Shown here: one piece after another, positions 34,364-45,538 of the stretch
Numbering within the stretch: position 1 is the stretch's first letter
How the letters are laid out: each line of letters begins with the position of its first letter
Origin: Congregibacter sp.
GTDB lineage: Bacteria; Pseudomonadota; Gammaproteobacteria; Pseudomonadales; Halieaceae
DNA length: 64,000 nucleotides
Direction of reading: 5' to 3'
Assembly: GCF_047617445.1 (NCBI RefSeq)
Contig: NZ_JBLGBE010000005.1
Coordinates: 5,093 to 69,092 of the forward strand
Made by a program: the position numbers and the translations under genes
The notes under the pieces: generated by a model
What the model was told of the DNA's origin: nothing
What the model saw: only the letters and a program-made list of their open reading frames with translations
The model's database searches: none

Positions 34364-35740
34364 ATGCATACCGAAGAACTCTCGTTCAGAGAGAAGTTGG
34401 GCTACGGGTTGGGTGATACCGCCTCCAACTTTTTCTTTCAGGTCTTTAATCTTTTTCTTATGTATTACTACACCGATATTTTCGGCTTACCGCCCGCGGC
34501 TGTGGGCGCCATGTTCTTGATAACAAAGATCATCGATGCGGTCAGTGATCCAGTAATGGGCCTCATTGCAGATAGGACGAACACGCGCTGGGGAAAGTAT
34601 CGGCCCTACTTACTCTGGGGTGCGATCCCTTATGGCCTTTGCGGATACTTTATGTTCGCTGGACCAGAGATGTCTCAGACGGGCAAGTTGATTTACGCCT
34701 ATGTGACCTACACGGCGATGATGCTCGCGTATACGGTCGTTAACGTTCCGTACTCGGCGTTGATGGGTGTTATTTCTCCGTCATCGATCGAGCGAACAAA
34801 GGTCGCGGGTTATCGGTTTATCTGTGCATTCGCCGCTGGCTGGCTGATAGCTACCTTTGTAGGGCCGCTTAAGAATTTGCTAGGTGGAGGAGATGAGGCG
34901 GAAGGTTTTCGTCTCACTATGATCATCTTTGCCGTGCTGTCTGTTGCGCTGTTCTGGGTAACCTTTGCCACAACCAAAGAGCGTGTCGTGCCCCAAGTCA
35001 CTAAGTCGAATGTGCGTTTGGATATCAAAACGCTGTTATCGAATGGTCCTTGGGCTGTGTTGTTCGCATCAGCGATTGTTACGCTCATGAATATCGCCGT
35101 GCGTAATGGTTCGCTCCTGTACTACTTCAAGTATTACGTGGGTGATGATGGCGTTCCACTGTTCCTCATCTTCGACAAGACGGCCGTCTTTTTGTCTCTG
35201 GGTCTTCTGTCGATGATTGGTGGCATTTTGCTGACGCGATACCTGGCGGTGCATTTTGAAAAACGTGCACTGATGATTGCACTGACCTTACTCAATGCCG
35301 TAACAATGGCCGCGTTTTTTTATATTCCGCCGGAGCAGTACTGGCTCATGGTTCTGGTTAACTGTATTGGCTCGTTTCTTATTGGCCCAACACCTGCGCT
35401 GGTCTGGTCAATGTATGCCGATTGCGCGGATTACGGCGAGTGGAAAAGTGGGCGGCGAATTACCGCTTTGGTTTTCTCCACGGTGCAATTTGCCCAGAAG
35501 ATGGGGCTTGCGGTCGGTGCGGGATTGCTGGGTATAGTCTTGGGCGCTTTTGGTTTTGTGGCGAATGAAGCGCAGTCGGAGACCTCAATGATGGGGATTC
35601 GGCTGATGTTTAGCATTCTCCCTGCCGCACTGGCGGTCCTGGGAGCGATGTTCATTTTCTTCTACCGCATAGATCATGAAACCATCGTAGAAATGGAAGA
35701 GGCTCTGGCGCTGCGTCATGCGAAGACTGCCGAGGGCTAA
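34364..35740 (+). CDS. Glycoside-pentoside-hexuronide (GPH):cation symporter family MFS transporter
   Basis: 458 aa. The N-terminus KLGYGLGDTASNFFFQVFNLFLMYYYTDIFGLP and DAVSDPVMGLIADRT are hallmark MelB/YicJ-type GPH motifs. 12 TM segments. Confidence 0.85.
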   Translation: MHTEELSFREKLGYGLGDTASNFFFQVFNLFLMYYYTDIFGLPPAAVGAMFLITKIIDAVSDPVMGLIADRTNTRWGKYRPYLLWGAIPYGLCGYFMFAGPEMSQTGKLIYAYVTYTAMMLAYTVVNVPYSALMGVISPSSIERTKVAGYRFICAFAAGWLIATFVGPLKNLLGGGDEAEGFRLTMIIFAVLSVALFWVTFATTKERVVPQVTKSNVRLDIKTLLSNGPWAVLFASAIVTLMNIAVRNGSLLYYFKYYVGDDGVPLFLIFDKTAVFLSLGLLSMIGGILLTRYLAVHFEKRALMIALTLLNAVTMAAFFYIPPEQYWLMVLVNCIGSFLIGPTPALVWSMYADCADYGEWKSGRRITALVFSTVQFAQKMGLAVGAGLLGIVLGAFGFVANEAQSETSMMGIRLMFSILPAALAVLGAMFIFFYRIDHETIVEMEEALALRHAKTAEG

Positions 35741-35824
35741 CTGCTCTTAGAGCCCTGGCGGTGCCGTAGTCGAGCTGTTTCGTTCGGGTCATGTTGCTGT
35801 AGGCCTGAACAGTCACTCTTGAAT

Positions 35825-35866
35825 AGAGGTCAGGGTTTAGACCTAGACTCTGGCCTCTTTGTTTGT
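35825..35866 (+). terminator. Putative rho-independent terminator after the GPH transporter gene
   Basis: A 9-bp stem AGAGGTCAG / CTGGCCTCT (one G-U pair) with a 16-nt loop, followed by TTGTTTGT. Confidence 0.45.
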
Positions 35867-35960
35867 ATCGTGTATGCGGCCAGAATGGACTTATGCCCTC
35901 AGATCCTAAGACAATGCACCTCTCGTACGCCACCGTGACAGACCCTGGGGTTGAGGCAGC

Positions 35961-37136
35961 TTGGTCGTTGCTGTGCGGCAGACGTCAAGTTGTTGGTTTG
36001 CCCGGGTGAACCAGCGCGTCCAAAGCGGTTTATCCAAATATCTTAGCGAAGAGCGCATTGCGCGATTTTGGGTGTTTCAGCTGGCCGGCTGGACTGGGCT
36101 ATCTATTGTGAGTTATTTCAGTCTCAACCTTTGGTACGACCAACCCGAAGCTGCTTATGTGGGACATAACATTTTACAGTCACTACTGGGTGTAATCGTG
36201 TCGTGGCCGCTGCGCTATGTTTACCGGCGCGTATGGGACGCCTCACTTGTCCTCAGGATTATTTACATTTCAATTGCCGTGGTGGTTTTCGCAGGTCTAT
36301 GGGCGCTTCTGCGTCTGGCTTTTTTTCAATGGATGACAAACGAGACGGGGATTTGGTCTGATTTTGGAGGGTGGTTTTTCCCGTCAATTTTTATTTTTAT
36401 GTGCTGGACGGCGCTATATCACGGTTTTAAATACTATCGACTCGCGGGGGAGGAGCACGATGCCTTGCTGCGAATGGAGTCGGCTAGAAATTTTGAAACC
36501 GCGCGAGCTGCGCGTGCCGAAGCATCGGCTAGAGAAGCGCAGCTCGAAATGCTGCGCTATCAACTGAAGCCGCATTTTTTGTTTAACACCATGAACGCTA
36601 TCCAGAGTCTTGTGGCGACAAAGCGAAATGAACGAGCCACAGAAATGATCAACGCTCTGAGTGATTTTCTGCGTTACTCCTTGTATTCGGACTCTAAGCA
36701 ATTTGTCTCGGTAAAGGATGAACTGGCAGCCGTCAATCGGTATCTATTGATTGAACAAGCACGATTTGGTGAGCGCCTCAGGGTCGAGATGAATGCTACT
36801 GAAGAGGCCCGCGATGAACTGCTGCCGAGTATGCTGCTTCAACCCCTAGTCGAAAATGCGATTAAGTACGCAATTGCGCAGTCAGAGAAAGGTGGAACGC
36901 TGATGATCGAGGCTTATTGTGATGCGACGCATCTCAACGTTGATGTTACTGATTCAGGAGCGGATGTGAGCGCGCGTGGTGATGCAGGCACATCTGGGGT
37001 GGGGCTGAGTAATATTCGGCAACGCTTGGAGGCTTGCTATGCAGATGATTATTCCTTTGAGCTACATCGAACAGCGGAGGGAGGTGTCCGGGCGGCTGTT
37101 CGTATACCACTGGGACATTCCGAGGCGATGAACTAA
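35961..37136 (+). CDS. LytS/YehU (AlgZ/FimS-like) sensor histidine kinase
   Basis: Four or five N-terminal TM helices, a His_kinase (PF06580-type) box QLKPHFLFNTMNAI, and a HATPase region LLLQPLVENAIKYA...GVGLSNIRQRLE. The start is uncertain: TTG at 35961 or GTG at 36006. Confidence 0.8.
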   Translation: MVVAVRQTSSCWFARVNQRVQSGLSKYLSEERIARFWVFQLAGWTGLSIVSYFSLNLWYDQPEAAYVGHNILQSLLGVIVSWPLRYVYRRVWDASLVLRIIYISIAVVVFAGLWALLRLAFFQWMTNETGIWSDFGGWFFPSIFIFMCWTALYHGFKYYRLAGEEHDALLRMESARNFETARAARAEASAREAQLEMLRYQLKPHFLFNTMNAIQSLVATKRNERATEMINALSDFLRYSLYSDSKQFVSVKDELAAVNRYLLIEQARFGERLRVEMNATEEARDELLPSMLLQPLVENAIKYAIAQSEKGGTLMIEAYCDATHLNVDVTDSGADVSARGDAGTSGVGLSNIRQRLEACYADDYSFELHRTAEGGVRAAVRIPLGHSEAMN

Positions 37137-37138
37137 TT

Positions 37139-37927
37139 ATGCGAGTTTTAGTTGTTGATGATGAACCCCTGGCACGAGATCTTCTCTTGGAATTCCTCGC
37201 GGGTAGCCCGGAAATAGATGTGGTGGGCGCGGCTTCTAGTGGCCGGGAAGCGATCGCGGCGATACGTAGTCATCGTCCTGATCTAGTGTTGCTTGATATT
37301 GAGATGCCGGGAATTAATGGCTTTGCGGTGGTGAAATCTATCCAGGCTGATGACTACATGCCCCTGGTGATCTTTGTGACTGCGTTCAATCAGTACGCAG
37401 TAGATGCCTTCGACAAGAATGCGGTGGACTACATTTTGAAGCCTGTGGATGGAGCGCGCTTGCAAAAAGCACTTCTGCGGGCACGGGGGCGTCTGCTCGA
37501 TGGTTCTAAGGCGAAGCTCCTGAGAGCCATTACAACAGTGGGACAGCAGACGAGGATAGAGGGGCTATCTGTCGAGGAGGCGCTGGAGAGCCATTCGGAC
37601 GCGGTAGGTCGTTTACCCGTCCGGCAGGGCGACTCTGTTCAGCTCTTGGAGCTTGACGACATTGAGTGGGTGGACGCGGCGGGAGATTACATGTGCGTGC
37701 ACTCTGGAGGGGAGACCTACATTTTGCGCTGCACCATGAAACAGCTATCGGATCGTCTATCTCTGGGACCTTTTGCGCGAATTCATCGCTCGACTCTGGT
37801 GAACCTTAATAAAATTCAAGAGATCACGCCGCTTACCAAAGGCGAATGCCTGCTTCATCTTGGTAGTGATACTCGTTTGAAAGTCAGTCGTAATTACCGC
37901 ACGGCCATTCAGCATCTCCTGGTCTGA
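37139..37927 (+). CDS. LytTR-family response regulator (AlgR/LytR type)
   Basis: The receiver domain (MRVLVVDDEPLAR, LVLLDIEMPG, AVDYILKP) is followed by a LytTR DNA-binding domain (FARIHRSTLVNLNKIQEI). It starts 2 nt after the kinase stop. Confidence 0.88.
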   Translation: MRVLVVDDEPLARDLLLEFLAGSPEIDVVGAASSGREAIAAIRSHRPDLVLLDIEMPGINGFAVVKSIQADDYMPLVIFVTAFNQYAVDAFDKNAVDYILKPVDGARLQKALLRARGRLLDGSKAKLLRAITTVGQQTRIEGLSVEEALESHSDAVGRLPVRQGDSVQLLELDDIEWVDAAGDYMCVHSGGETYILRCTMKQLSDRLSLGPFARIHRSTLVNLNKIQEITPLTKGECLLHLGSDTRLKVSRNYRTAIQHLLV

Positions 37928-37937
37928 CCCGACTCGG

Positions 37938-37980
37938 CCATCTCTGTCGCCTGCGTTTTTAAGCTTGGCGCAGAGATGGG
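37938..37980. terminator. Hairpin between the convergent response-regulator and gap genes (possible bidirectional terminator)
   Basis: CCATCTCTG-t-CGCC ... GGCG-CAGAGATGG gives a 13-bp stem with one bulge and a 15-nt T-rich loop. There is no clear flanking U-tract. Confidence 0.35.
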
Positions 37981-37998
37981 CATGTGGACTGCAAGGAT

Positions 37999-39027
37999 TT
38001 AGGCGCTTTTTAGATATTTCGCCTCGGCGAACAGTGCCGAACAGCTGTCCAGCATGCGATTGGCAAACCCCCATTCGTTGTCGTACCAAGCCATGACTTT
38101 CACCAAATTGCCGTTCACTTTGCTGTGATTGGTATCAAAGACGCAGGAGGCCGGACAGTGGTTGAAGTCAATAGAGACGAGGGGGAGCTCATTGATCTGG
38201 AGTACGCTACCCAATGGCCCCTTAGCTGCCGCCGACATGATCGCGTTGACCTCGTCCACGCTTGTGTCTCGTGCTGCGATAAAGCTCAGATCAACCAGCG
38301 ACACATTGATAGTAGGAATGCGTACGGCCATTCCATCGAGGCGGCCCTTCAGTTCCGGGAGTACCAGTCCAATGGCCGCAGCGGCTCCCGTCTTGGTCGG
38401 GATCATCGACTGTGTCGCCGCTCGCGCTCGGTAAAGGTCACTGTGATAAACGTCCGACAGCTGTTGATCGTTGGTGTAGGCGTGGATCGTGGTCACATGC
38501 CCCTTCAAAATACCCAGCGTCTCGTGCAATGGCTTGACCATGGGTGCCAGGCAGTTGGTGGTACAAGACGCATTGGAGATGATGCGCTCGTCGCCTCGCA
38601 GAGAGTGTTCGTTGATCCCGTAAACGACGGTGGCGTCAGCGTCACTGACGGGCGCGGACACCAGAACTTTACGCGCACCCGCAGTGAGGTGCTTGGCGGC
38701 TTTGTCACGGCTGGTAAAGACACCGGTGCATTCACAGACGATATCGATATTCAGCGCCTGCCAGGGGAGCTGCTCGGGGTCGCGTTCACTGAACACGCGA
38801 ATGCGATGTTTGCCGACGTTCAAATAGTCACCGTCGATTTCTACGGGTACCGGGAAGCGACCATGAACCGAGTCGTATTGTGTTAGGTGGGCGTTGATCG
38901 CACTGTCGCCAAGGTCATTGATTGCGACGATGTCGATTTTGCCGGCAAGCTCTTCTTCCCGCTCAACCAGTGCTCTGAGAATATTTCGACCGATTCTTCC
39001 GTATCCATTGATAGCTATGCGCAGCAT
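37999..39027 (-). CDS. gap: Glyceraldehyde-3-phosphate dehydrogenase (type I)
   Basis: 342 aa. Motifs [10 protein letters not shown], active site [12 protein letters not shown], and WYDNEWGF. Confidence 0.93.
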   Translation of the reverse strand: MLRIAINGYGRIGRNILRALVEREEELAGKIDIVAINDLGDSAINAHLTQYDSVHGRFPVPVEIDGDYLNVGKHRIRVFSERDPEQLPWQALNIDIVCECTGVFTSRDKAAKHLTAGARKVLVSAPVSDADATVVYGINEHSLRGDERIISNASCTTNCLAPMVKPLHETLGILKGHVTTIHAYTNDQQLSDVYHSDLYRARAATQSMIPTKTGAAAAIGLVLPELKGRLDGMAVRIPTINVSLVDLSFIAARDTSVDEVNAIMSAAAKGPLGSVLQINELPLVSIDFNHCPASCVFDTNHSKVNGNLVKVMAWYDNEWGFANRMLDSCSALFAEAKYLKSA

Positions 39028-39163
39028 GTGATCGCCTCCTGAGCGTTATTTTGACTATAAAAGTACATTAAGAGAGTGCATAACAGATCAAAATTGATAA
39101 AAAGTGTAGTTTTTATAAAATTTTAGGTAGAATTACGCCTAATCAAAAAAGCGTGTTTGCGAC

Positions 39164-40048
39164 ATGACCGAGACGCAAGACAGCAATTTGCTACACGAGA
39201 TAGGCAGTGCTTCGCGACGCCTGACAAAGTCAGAGCGTCGTATTGTTGATGCTGTTTTGGACGATCCTCGGGCGGCGACGCGTCTAAGTATTGCGGCCTT
39301 AGCGGAGTTGGCAGAAGTCAGCGAGCCTACGGTGAATCGCTTTTGTCGGAAGTTTGAGCCCCGGGGGTACCCTGAGTTCAAGCTGCGCCTCGCGCAATCA
39401 CTGGTACTCGGGCTGCCCTATGTCAGTTCGTCTATTGCGCCGGATGATCAAACCAGCACTTACACAGCAAAAATATTGGATAGCGCCGTATTGTCCCTCC
39501 GGGCGCTGGGAGATCAGCTGCCGCCAGCGTTAGTGGATTCAGTGATCGATAGACTTCTCGCTGCGCAGCACATTTTCTTCTTTGGTCTTGGTGTTTCCAG
39601 CGCAGTCGCGCAGGACGCAGAACATCACTTTTTCCGCTTCGCTTTACCCGTGAGCGCTCATGCCGACGTGTTAATGCAGCGCATGCACGCTGCGGTGGCT
39701 CGAAAAGAAGATCTGTTTTTTATGATCTCACATACGGGCCGTACCAGAGACCTGGTGGATATTGCGAATCTGGCGACGGCCCGAGGCGCCCACGTTGTTG
39801 CGCTTACCGCATCAGGGTCGCCACTGTCAAAGGCCAGTAGCCTCGCTATCGAGCTTGAGGTGTCCGAGGATACGGATGCTTACATGCCGATGACCTCACG
39901 CCTTGCGCACCTTGCAGTACTCGATGTTTTGGCGGCCGGTGTGTCTCTTCGTCGAGGAGAGGCATTGCAACCGCATTTACGTGCGATTAAAGAAAGTCTT
40001 CGCGCAACCCGTTTTGCACCCTTACCCGGAGGTAAGCACAGCACATGA
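39164..40048 (+). CDS. hexR: RpiR/HexR-family transcriptional regulator (HTH_6 plus SIS domains)
   Basis: 294 aa. LTKSERRIVDAVLDDPRAATRLSIAALAELAEVSEPTVNRFCRKF (RpiR HTH), then a SIS domain (IFFFGLGVSSAVAQDAEHHF). It sits at the head of the ED gene cluster and divergent from gap, as for HexR in other Gammaproteobacteria. Confidence 0.85.
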   Translation: MTETQDSNLLHEIGSASRRLTKSERRIVDAVLDDPRAATRLSIAALAELAEVSEPTVNRFCRKFEPRGYPEFKLRLAQSLVLGLPYVSSSIAPDDQTSTYTAKILDSAVLSLRALGDQLPPALVDSVIDRLLAAQHIFFFGLGVSSAVAQDAEHHFFRFALPVSAHADVLMQRMHAAVARKEDLFFMISHTGRTRDLVDIANLATARGAHVVALTASGSPLSKASSLAIELEVSEDTDAYMPMTSRLAHLAVLDVLAAGVSLRRGEALQPHLRAIKESLRATRFAPLPGGKHST

Positions 40049-42702
40049 GTTCTGATCTATCAGCGTCTAAGGACAACAGTGGTCAGGAGTACCGTAGCCT
40101 GAGAAGCAATGTGAGCTTGCTGGGTAGTATGCTCGGCGAGACCATGGCCCAGAGTCACGGTGAGGACTTCCTTGCCAGCGTGGAGCGTATTCGGCTTTTA
40201 TCAAAATCCGGCAGTATGGGAGACGATGCCAGTTGGGAACAGCTGGAATCACTGCTCGGTGGGCTTGAGACGGCGCAGCTAGGGTTGGTGGCCCGTGCTT
40301 TTGCGCAGTTTTTGAACCTTGCAAACATTGCAGAGCAGCATCACGGTTTGTCCCGGGAAATGGATGCGGTGAACTCGGCGAGTCGAACGCTCTCAAGAGC
40401 GATGGATCTGCTGGGAGAGGAGGGGCTGGATCAGGAGGCAATTGTTAACTCAGTGTCTGATCTCAGTATTGAACTTGTACTCACGGCCCATCCCACGGAG
40501 ATCACCCGGCGTTCGCTAATTCACAAGTACGAAGAAATTCAACGTTGTTTGGGGCAGCTTGAGTCACCTAGCTTGACGAATTATGAACGCAGTCGTATGG
40601 ATCGACGCCTGCGGGAGCTCATAGCACAGCTGTGGCACACGCACGAGTTTCGTGAAAATAGACCCAGTCCCGTGGATGAAGCTCGCTGGGGATATGCGGT
40701 GGTTGAGAACTCCCTCTGGCAAGCGGTACCTGACTTCTTGCGGAGGCTGGACGATGCTCTGCTGGCCGCCACGGGGCAACGCCTGCCTCTGGATGCGGCG
40801 CCGGTTCAGTTCTCATCATGGATGGGTGGTGATCGCGACGGGAATCCCTTTGTGACCGCTAAAGTGACTCGAGAAGTGCTCCTGCTGGGACGTTGGCAGG
40901 CGGCGGCTCTGTACCTAAAGACCGTGGATCAACTCGTACAAGAGCTGTCTATGATCGACTGCAACGAAGCTTTGCGCGAACGAGTAGGCGGTACCCGGGA
41001 GCCCTATCGCCGAGTTTTGAAGGAGTTGCGCGGTCAGCTTCGCAGCTGGTTATCTGCGTTGGAAGCGCTATTGGACGGCCGGCCGGCCATTGAGGAAAAC
41101 CTCATTCGGGACGTTGACGCGCTATTAGAGCCACTAATGCTTTGTTACCAATCGCTTTGTGATTGCGGTATGGAGCGTATCGCCGATGGCACGCTCCTTG
41201 ATTTGTTGAGACAGTTGCGTTGCTTCGGCATCAACCTCGTGCGTCTGGATGTTCGACAGCACTCGGATCGCCACAGTGCTGCTCTTTCAGAGATCACTGA
41301 GTTTCTCGGGCTTGGAAGCTACGTCGACTGGGATGAAGAAAAACGCCGGGATTGGATACAGCAGGAACTTGCCAGTCGTCGTCCCCTGATTCCGCAGCAC
41401 TGGTCGCCGTGTGATGAGACTCAGGAAGTTCTGGATTGTTGCTCCGTAGTCGTAGAGCAGCCGCCCGGTGCGTTAGCTTGTTACATTATTTCTATGGCTC
41501 GCCAAGCCTCGGATGTGATGGCGGTTCGACTACTGCTCAAAGCCGCCGGAGGCGGGGAGACCTTACCCATCGCGCCGTTGTTTGAGACCTTGGACGACCT
41601 GGATCGTGCGCCACAAGTCATCACAGACCTCTTGGCCGTTGAAGGTGCTCTGGGTCGTTTGCCTGAGCAACAAATGGTGATGATTGGGTATTCGGACTCG
41701 GCTAAGGATGCGGGAATACTCGCGGCCGCTTGGGCCCAGTATCGTGCTCAGGAAGCCTTGTTAGAAGTGTGTGCTGTGGCAGGCGTTCGTTTGCAACTAT
41801 TCCATGGCCGGGGCGGCACCATTGGCCGCGGCGGCGCGCCGGCCCACGATGCTCTGTTATCCCAGCCTCCAGGGTCCCTGGAGTGCGGTCTACGGGTAAC
41901 TGAGCAAGGTGAGATGATTCGCACCAAGCTGGGTATGACGGGTCTCGCGGTCAAAACCCTTGCCTTGTATACGAGTGCGATTCTGGAGGCGCGCACCGCG
42001 CATCCACCCACGCCTAAAGCCGACTGGCGTCACACCATGGATCGCCTTGCTGCGGACTCCTGCGATGCCTATCGCGCAGTTGTTCGCGACGACCCGCGTT
42101 TTCTGACTTACTTCCGCCAGGCAACTCCCGAGGGGGAGTTGGGAGCACTGCCACTGGCCTCGCGGCCTACCAGTCGAAAAAAGGATGGAGGCATTGAGTC
42201 CCTAAGAGCCATACCCTGGATATTTTCCTGGACTCAGAACCGGCTCATGTTGCCCTCATGGTTGGGAGCGGGTGCCGCCTTGACCAAGGAATTGACTGAT
42301 CATGGCGACGGCGTAATCTCAGAAATGTTTCGCGATTGGCCGTTCTTTGCCACGCGAATGTCGATGTTAGAAATGGTTTATAGCAAAACGGATTCCCGAC
42401 TGTCTGCACACTACGACAGCAAGTTGGTAAATCCGGATTTACTGGGTATTGGTGAGCAGTTGCGCGGTCAGTTAGATAATGATGTCGTGACCGTGCTTAA
42501 GGTGCTGGGACAGGAGAGCTTGCTCGAACACCTTGACTGGACGCGGGAATCGCTAGAGTTGCGAAACATCTACACGGGACCTTTGAATGTGTTGCAGGCA
42601 GAGCTTTTGGCGCGTCTGCGTCGAGACGCTGACGACGATACTCGACAGGCCATCATGATTAGCATTGCAGGCGTCGCCGCCGGCATGCGTAACACGGGCT
42701 GA
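40045..42702 (+). CDS. ppc: Phosphoenolpyruvate carboxylase
   Basis: 885 aa. Motifs [32 protein letters not shown] and the C-terminal ...MRNTG. Its ATG overlaps the hexR stop (ATGA at 40045-40048). Confidence 0.95.
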   Translation: MSSDLSASKDNSGQEYRSLRSNVSLLGSMLGETMAQSHGEDFLASVERIRLLSKSGSMGDDASWEQLESLLGGLETAQLGLVARAFAQFLNLANIAEQHHGLSREMDAVNSASRTLSRAMDLLGEEGLDQEAIVNSVSDLSIELVLTAHPTEITRRSLIHKYEEIQRCLGQLESPSLTNYERSRMDRRLRELIAQLWHTHEFRENRPSPVDEARWGYAVVENSLWQAVPDFLRRLDDALLAATGQRLPLDAAPVQFSSWMGGDRDGNPFVTAKVTREVLLLGRWQAAALYLKTVDQLVQELSMIDCNEALRERVGGTREPYRRVLKELRGQLRSWLSALEALLDGRPAIEENLIRDVDALLEPLMLCYQSLCDCGMERIADGTLLDLLRQLRCFGINLVRLDVRQHSDRHSAALSEITEFLGLGSYVDWDEEKRRDWIQQELASRRPLIPQHWSPCDETQEVLDCCSVVVEQPPGALACYIISMARQASDVMAVRLLLKAAGGGETLPIAPLFETLDDLDRAPQVITDLLAVEGALGRLPEQQMVMIGYSDSAKDAGILAAAWAQYRAQEALLEVCAVAGVRLQLFHGRGGTIGRGGAPAHDALLSQPPGSLECGLRVTEQGEMIRTKLGMTGLAVKTLALYTSAILEARTAHPPTPKADWRHTMDRLAADSCDAYRAVVRDDPRFLTYFRQATPEGELGALPLASRPTSRKKDGGIESLRAIPWIFSWTQNRLMLPSWLGAGAALTKELTDHGDGVISEMFRDWPFFATRMSMLEMVYSKTDSRLSAHYDSKLVNPDLLGIGEQLRGQLDNDVVTVLKVLGQESLLEHLDWTRESLELRNIYTGPLNVLQAELLARLRRDADDDTRQAIMISIAGVAAGMRNTG

Positions 42703-42731
42703 CCCGAGGGTCGGTTCAAGGGAGAAAAAAT

Positions 42732-44558
42732 ATGATTCAACTACACAGCACGGTAGCGAAAGTCACTGAGCAGATCGAAAATCGTAGTCGCGGTCCGCGA
42801 CAGAGCTATCTAGATCTTATGGAGCGCAGCCGGGATCTTCGGCCTCAGCGCGGCCAGTTGTCTTGTGGGAATCTTGCGCACGGCTTCGCCGCTTGTGGGG
42901 ATGATGACAAAGACAGCATCCGGCTCATGGAGTCGTCGAATATCGGTATTGTCACGGCGTTTAACGATATGTTGTCTGCGCATCAGCCTTATGCTGAGTA
43001 TCCTGACAAGATTAAATCCTATGTGCGCGCCGTCGGTAGTACGGCTCAGGTTGCAGGTGGTGTGCCGGCTATGTGTGATGGTGTCACTCAGGGCCAGGTT
43101 GGTATGGAGCTGTCGCTTTTCAGTCGCGATAACATCGCTCAGGCAGCCGGTATCGCTCTGTCACACCATATGTTTGACGGTATTGTATGCCTTGGTATCT
43201 GCGACAAGATCGTTCCCGGGTTGGTAATAGGTATTCTGCGTTTCGGCCATCTGCCCGCGTTGTTCATTCCTGCAGGCCCAATGCCTTCCGGTCTTCCGAA
43301 TCCCGAAAAAGCGCGAGTCCGCCAGTTGTTTGCAGAGGGCAAGGTCGGTCGTGAGGAATTGCTGGTTGCAGAATCTGCGTCGTATCACAGCGCGGGGACC
43401 TGCACGTTTTACGGGACTGCCAATAGCAATCAGATGGTGATGGAGGCGATGGGGCTTCAGCTTCCCGGTGGTTCATTTGTGAATCCCGGTACCCCTTTGC
43501 GCGAAGAACTCACTCGCGAGGCCTCAGAACTTATTACTCGAATAACGGCACAGGGACGGGATGCTCGCCCGCTAGCCGAAGTAATCGATGCGCGATCTTT
43601 TGTTAATGCCATCGTCGCGCTATTGGCGTCCGGTGGCTCCACTAATCACACGATCCATTTAGTCGCCATGGCGCGCGCTGCTGGCTTGGTCATCAACTGG
43701 GATGACTTTTCTGAGCTCTCCGGGGTCGTGCCTTTGTTGGCGCGCGTTTATCCCAACGGGCAGGCGGACATCAATCACTTCCACGCGGCAGGAGGCACGG
43801 GATTTATGTTTCGGGAGCTTCTGGACGCCGGATTGATGCACGGCGATGCAAACACAGTCTGGGGGAGCAACTTTGAGGATTACACGCAGGAACCCTACTT
43901 GGAGGGCGATAAGCTGGCCTGGCGCCCCGCCGCGGATAAAAGTCTGGATACAGACGTATTGGGTACAGTGGAAAAGCCGTTTTCTAGTGAGGGTGGTTTG
44001 CGCCTACTGACAGGTAACCTCGGACGCGCAGTGATCAAAGTGTCGGCGGTAAAACCGGAGCACCGTAAAGTGGTGGGTCCTGCAGTAGTGATCGATAGTC
44101 AGGACGCTCTAGCCGGAAAGTTTGCCGCTGGTGAGTTGAATCGTGATTGTGTGGTCGTGGTTCGATTTCAGGGCCCGAGAGCCAATGGCATGCCGGAACT
44201 ACACAAGCTGACTCCGTTGCTAGGGTCTCTCCAGGACAAGGGTTTTTCTATTGCATTGGTTACCGATGGCCGCATGTCTGGTGCATCGGGCAAAGTGCCG
44301 GCCGCGATTCACGTTACTCCTGAAGCAGCGATGGGTGGTGCCCTAGCGCGTTTACAGAATGGTGACATGCTTACGCTGGACGCCGATACCGGGACTTTGA
44401 GCTGCGATATCAGTGACGCCGCGCTTGCTGAGCGCACGCCTGCAAAGACGCCCACTGACAGTGAAGAAGGCGTGGGTCGCGAGTTGTTCAGTATGTTTAG
44501 AAAAGTGGTAACTACGCCAGAGGCGGGTGCCAGTGTGATCTTTGATGAGACATTCTAG
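42732..44558 (+). CDS. edd: Phosphogluconate dehydratase
   Basis: 608 aa ILVD/EDD family. Motifs [40 protein letters not shown]. Lies in the ED cluster. Confidence 0.93.
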   Translation: MIQLHSTVAKVTEQIENRSRGPRQSYLDLMERSRDLRPQRGQLSCGNLAHGFAACGDDDKDSIRLMESSNIGIVTAFNDMLSAHQPYAEYPDKIKSYVRAVGSTAQVAGGVPAMCDGVTQGQVGMELSLFSRDNIAQAAGIALSHHMFDGIVCLGICDKIVPGLVIGILRFGHLPALFIPAGPMPSGLPNPEKARVRQLFAEGKVGREELLVAESASYHSAGTCTFYGTANSNQMVMEAMGLQLPGGSFVNPGTPLREELTREASELITRITAQGRDARPLAEVIDARSFVNAIVALLASGGSTNHTIHLVAMARAAGLVINWDDFSELSGVVPLLARVYPNGQADINHFHAAGGTGFMFRELLDAGLMHGDANTVWGSNFEDYTQEPYLEGDKLAWRPAADKSLDTDVLGTVEKPFSSEGGLRLLTGNLGRAVIKVSAVKPEHRKVVGPAVVIDSQDALAGKFAAGELNRDCVVVVRFQGPRANGMPELHKLTPLLGSLQDKGFSIALVTDGRMSGASGKVPAAIHVTPEAAMGGALARLQNGDMLTLDADTGTLSCDISDAALAERTPAKTPTDSEEGVGRELFSMFRKVVTTPEAGASVIFDETF

Positions 44559-44560
44559 CA

Positions 44561-45538
44561 GTGGCTAAGCCCTGGCATTTGCTGGCTGATATCGGCGGCA
44601 CCAACGCGCGCTTTGCACTCGGTGATGTGAGCACCGGGGAGATCAGCGACTTACTGACGGTGTCTGTTGTAGATCATCCAACCTTTAGCTCTGCGCTGCA
44701 GTTGTATCTTTCCACGATCGAATCCTCGGGTGATTGGGATGAACGCCCCATCGATGGCTGTCTCGCGGTCGCTTGTCCGACAGATCGCGATGTCGTCACC
44801 TTTACTAATCGCGACTGGGTGATCGACCGCAAAGACCTGGCATTCAGTTTGGATATTCCCAGTCTCCAGGTAATCAACGACTTTGAGGCGATCGGTCACG
44901 CTGCCGCGAGGTTTTCCGAAAATGATTGGGAGCAAATCGGTGGTGGCGAGCCCAGACCCGATAAGGTCATTGGGGTGCTAGGACCGGGCACGGGTCTTGG
45001 CGTCTGTGGTGTGCTGCCCAGTGCAACACAGCTGAATGTGATGGCTGGCGAAGGCGGACACGTCGATTTCGCTCCCGTGGGTGATGAGGAAATCGAGATC
45101 ATTCGTCTGCTCCTGACCCGTTATCGGCGAGTGTCGGCGGAGCGCGTGCTCTCCGGCGCTGGTTTGCAGAACATCTACTGGGCACTGTCGCAAATGCACG
45201 GCGCAGAGCATCGTCATGCCACGCCGGCAGACATCAGTGCGGCAGCCCTGGCTGCGGAAGATCCCGTGGCGGTCGAGGCTCTGGCGGTTTTTTGTCGCGT
45301 GCTAGGCAGTGTGGCAGGTAATCTTGCGTTGACCTACGGCGCGCTCGGGGGCGTGTATATCGCCGGAGGAATTGTGCCGCGTATTTTAGATTTTGTCCGC
45401 CAGAGTGATTTTCGTGAACGTTTTCTTGCCAAAGGGCGTTTTCGCGATTACCTCGATGACATACCGACGCGCGTTGTGACCCGACAGAATCCGGGTTTGT
45501 TTGGCGCACTTCAATCTCTGCAGAGTAGGCATCAATAA
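44561..45538 (+). CDS. glk: Glucokinase
   Basis: 325 aa with a GTG start. Motifs LLADIGGTNARFAL, GPGTGLG, GGVYIAGGIVPR. Confidence 0.9.
   Translation: MAKPWHLLADIGGTNARFALGDVSTGEISDLLTVSVVDHPTFSSALQLYLSTIESSGDWDERPIDGCLAVACPTDRDVVTFTNRDWVIDRKDLAFSLDIPSLQVINDFEAIGHAAARFSENDWEQIGGGEPRPDKVIGVLGPGTGLGVCGVLPSATQLNVMAGEGGHVDFAPVGDEEIEIIRLLLTRYRRVSAERVLSGAGLQNIYWALSQMHGAEHRHATPADISAAALAAEDPVAVEALAVFCRVLGSVAGNLALTYGALGGVYIAGGIVPRILDFVRQSDFRERFLAKGRFRDYLDDIPTRVVTRQNPGLFGALQSLQSRHQ

Noticed and set aside
39028-39163. Attempted to call a definite HexR operator between gap and hexR
   Set aside because: Only partial matches to published HexR palindromes were found (TGTAGTTTTTATAAA, GTAGAATTAC). These are too weak to annotate as a feature without a PWM scan.
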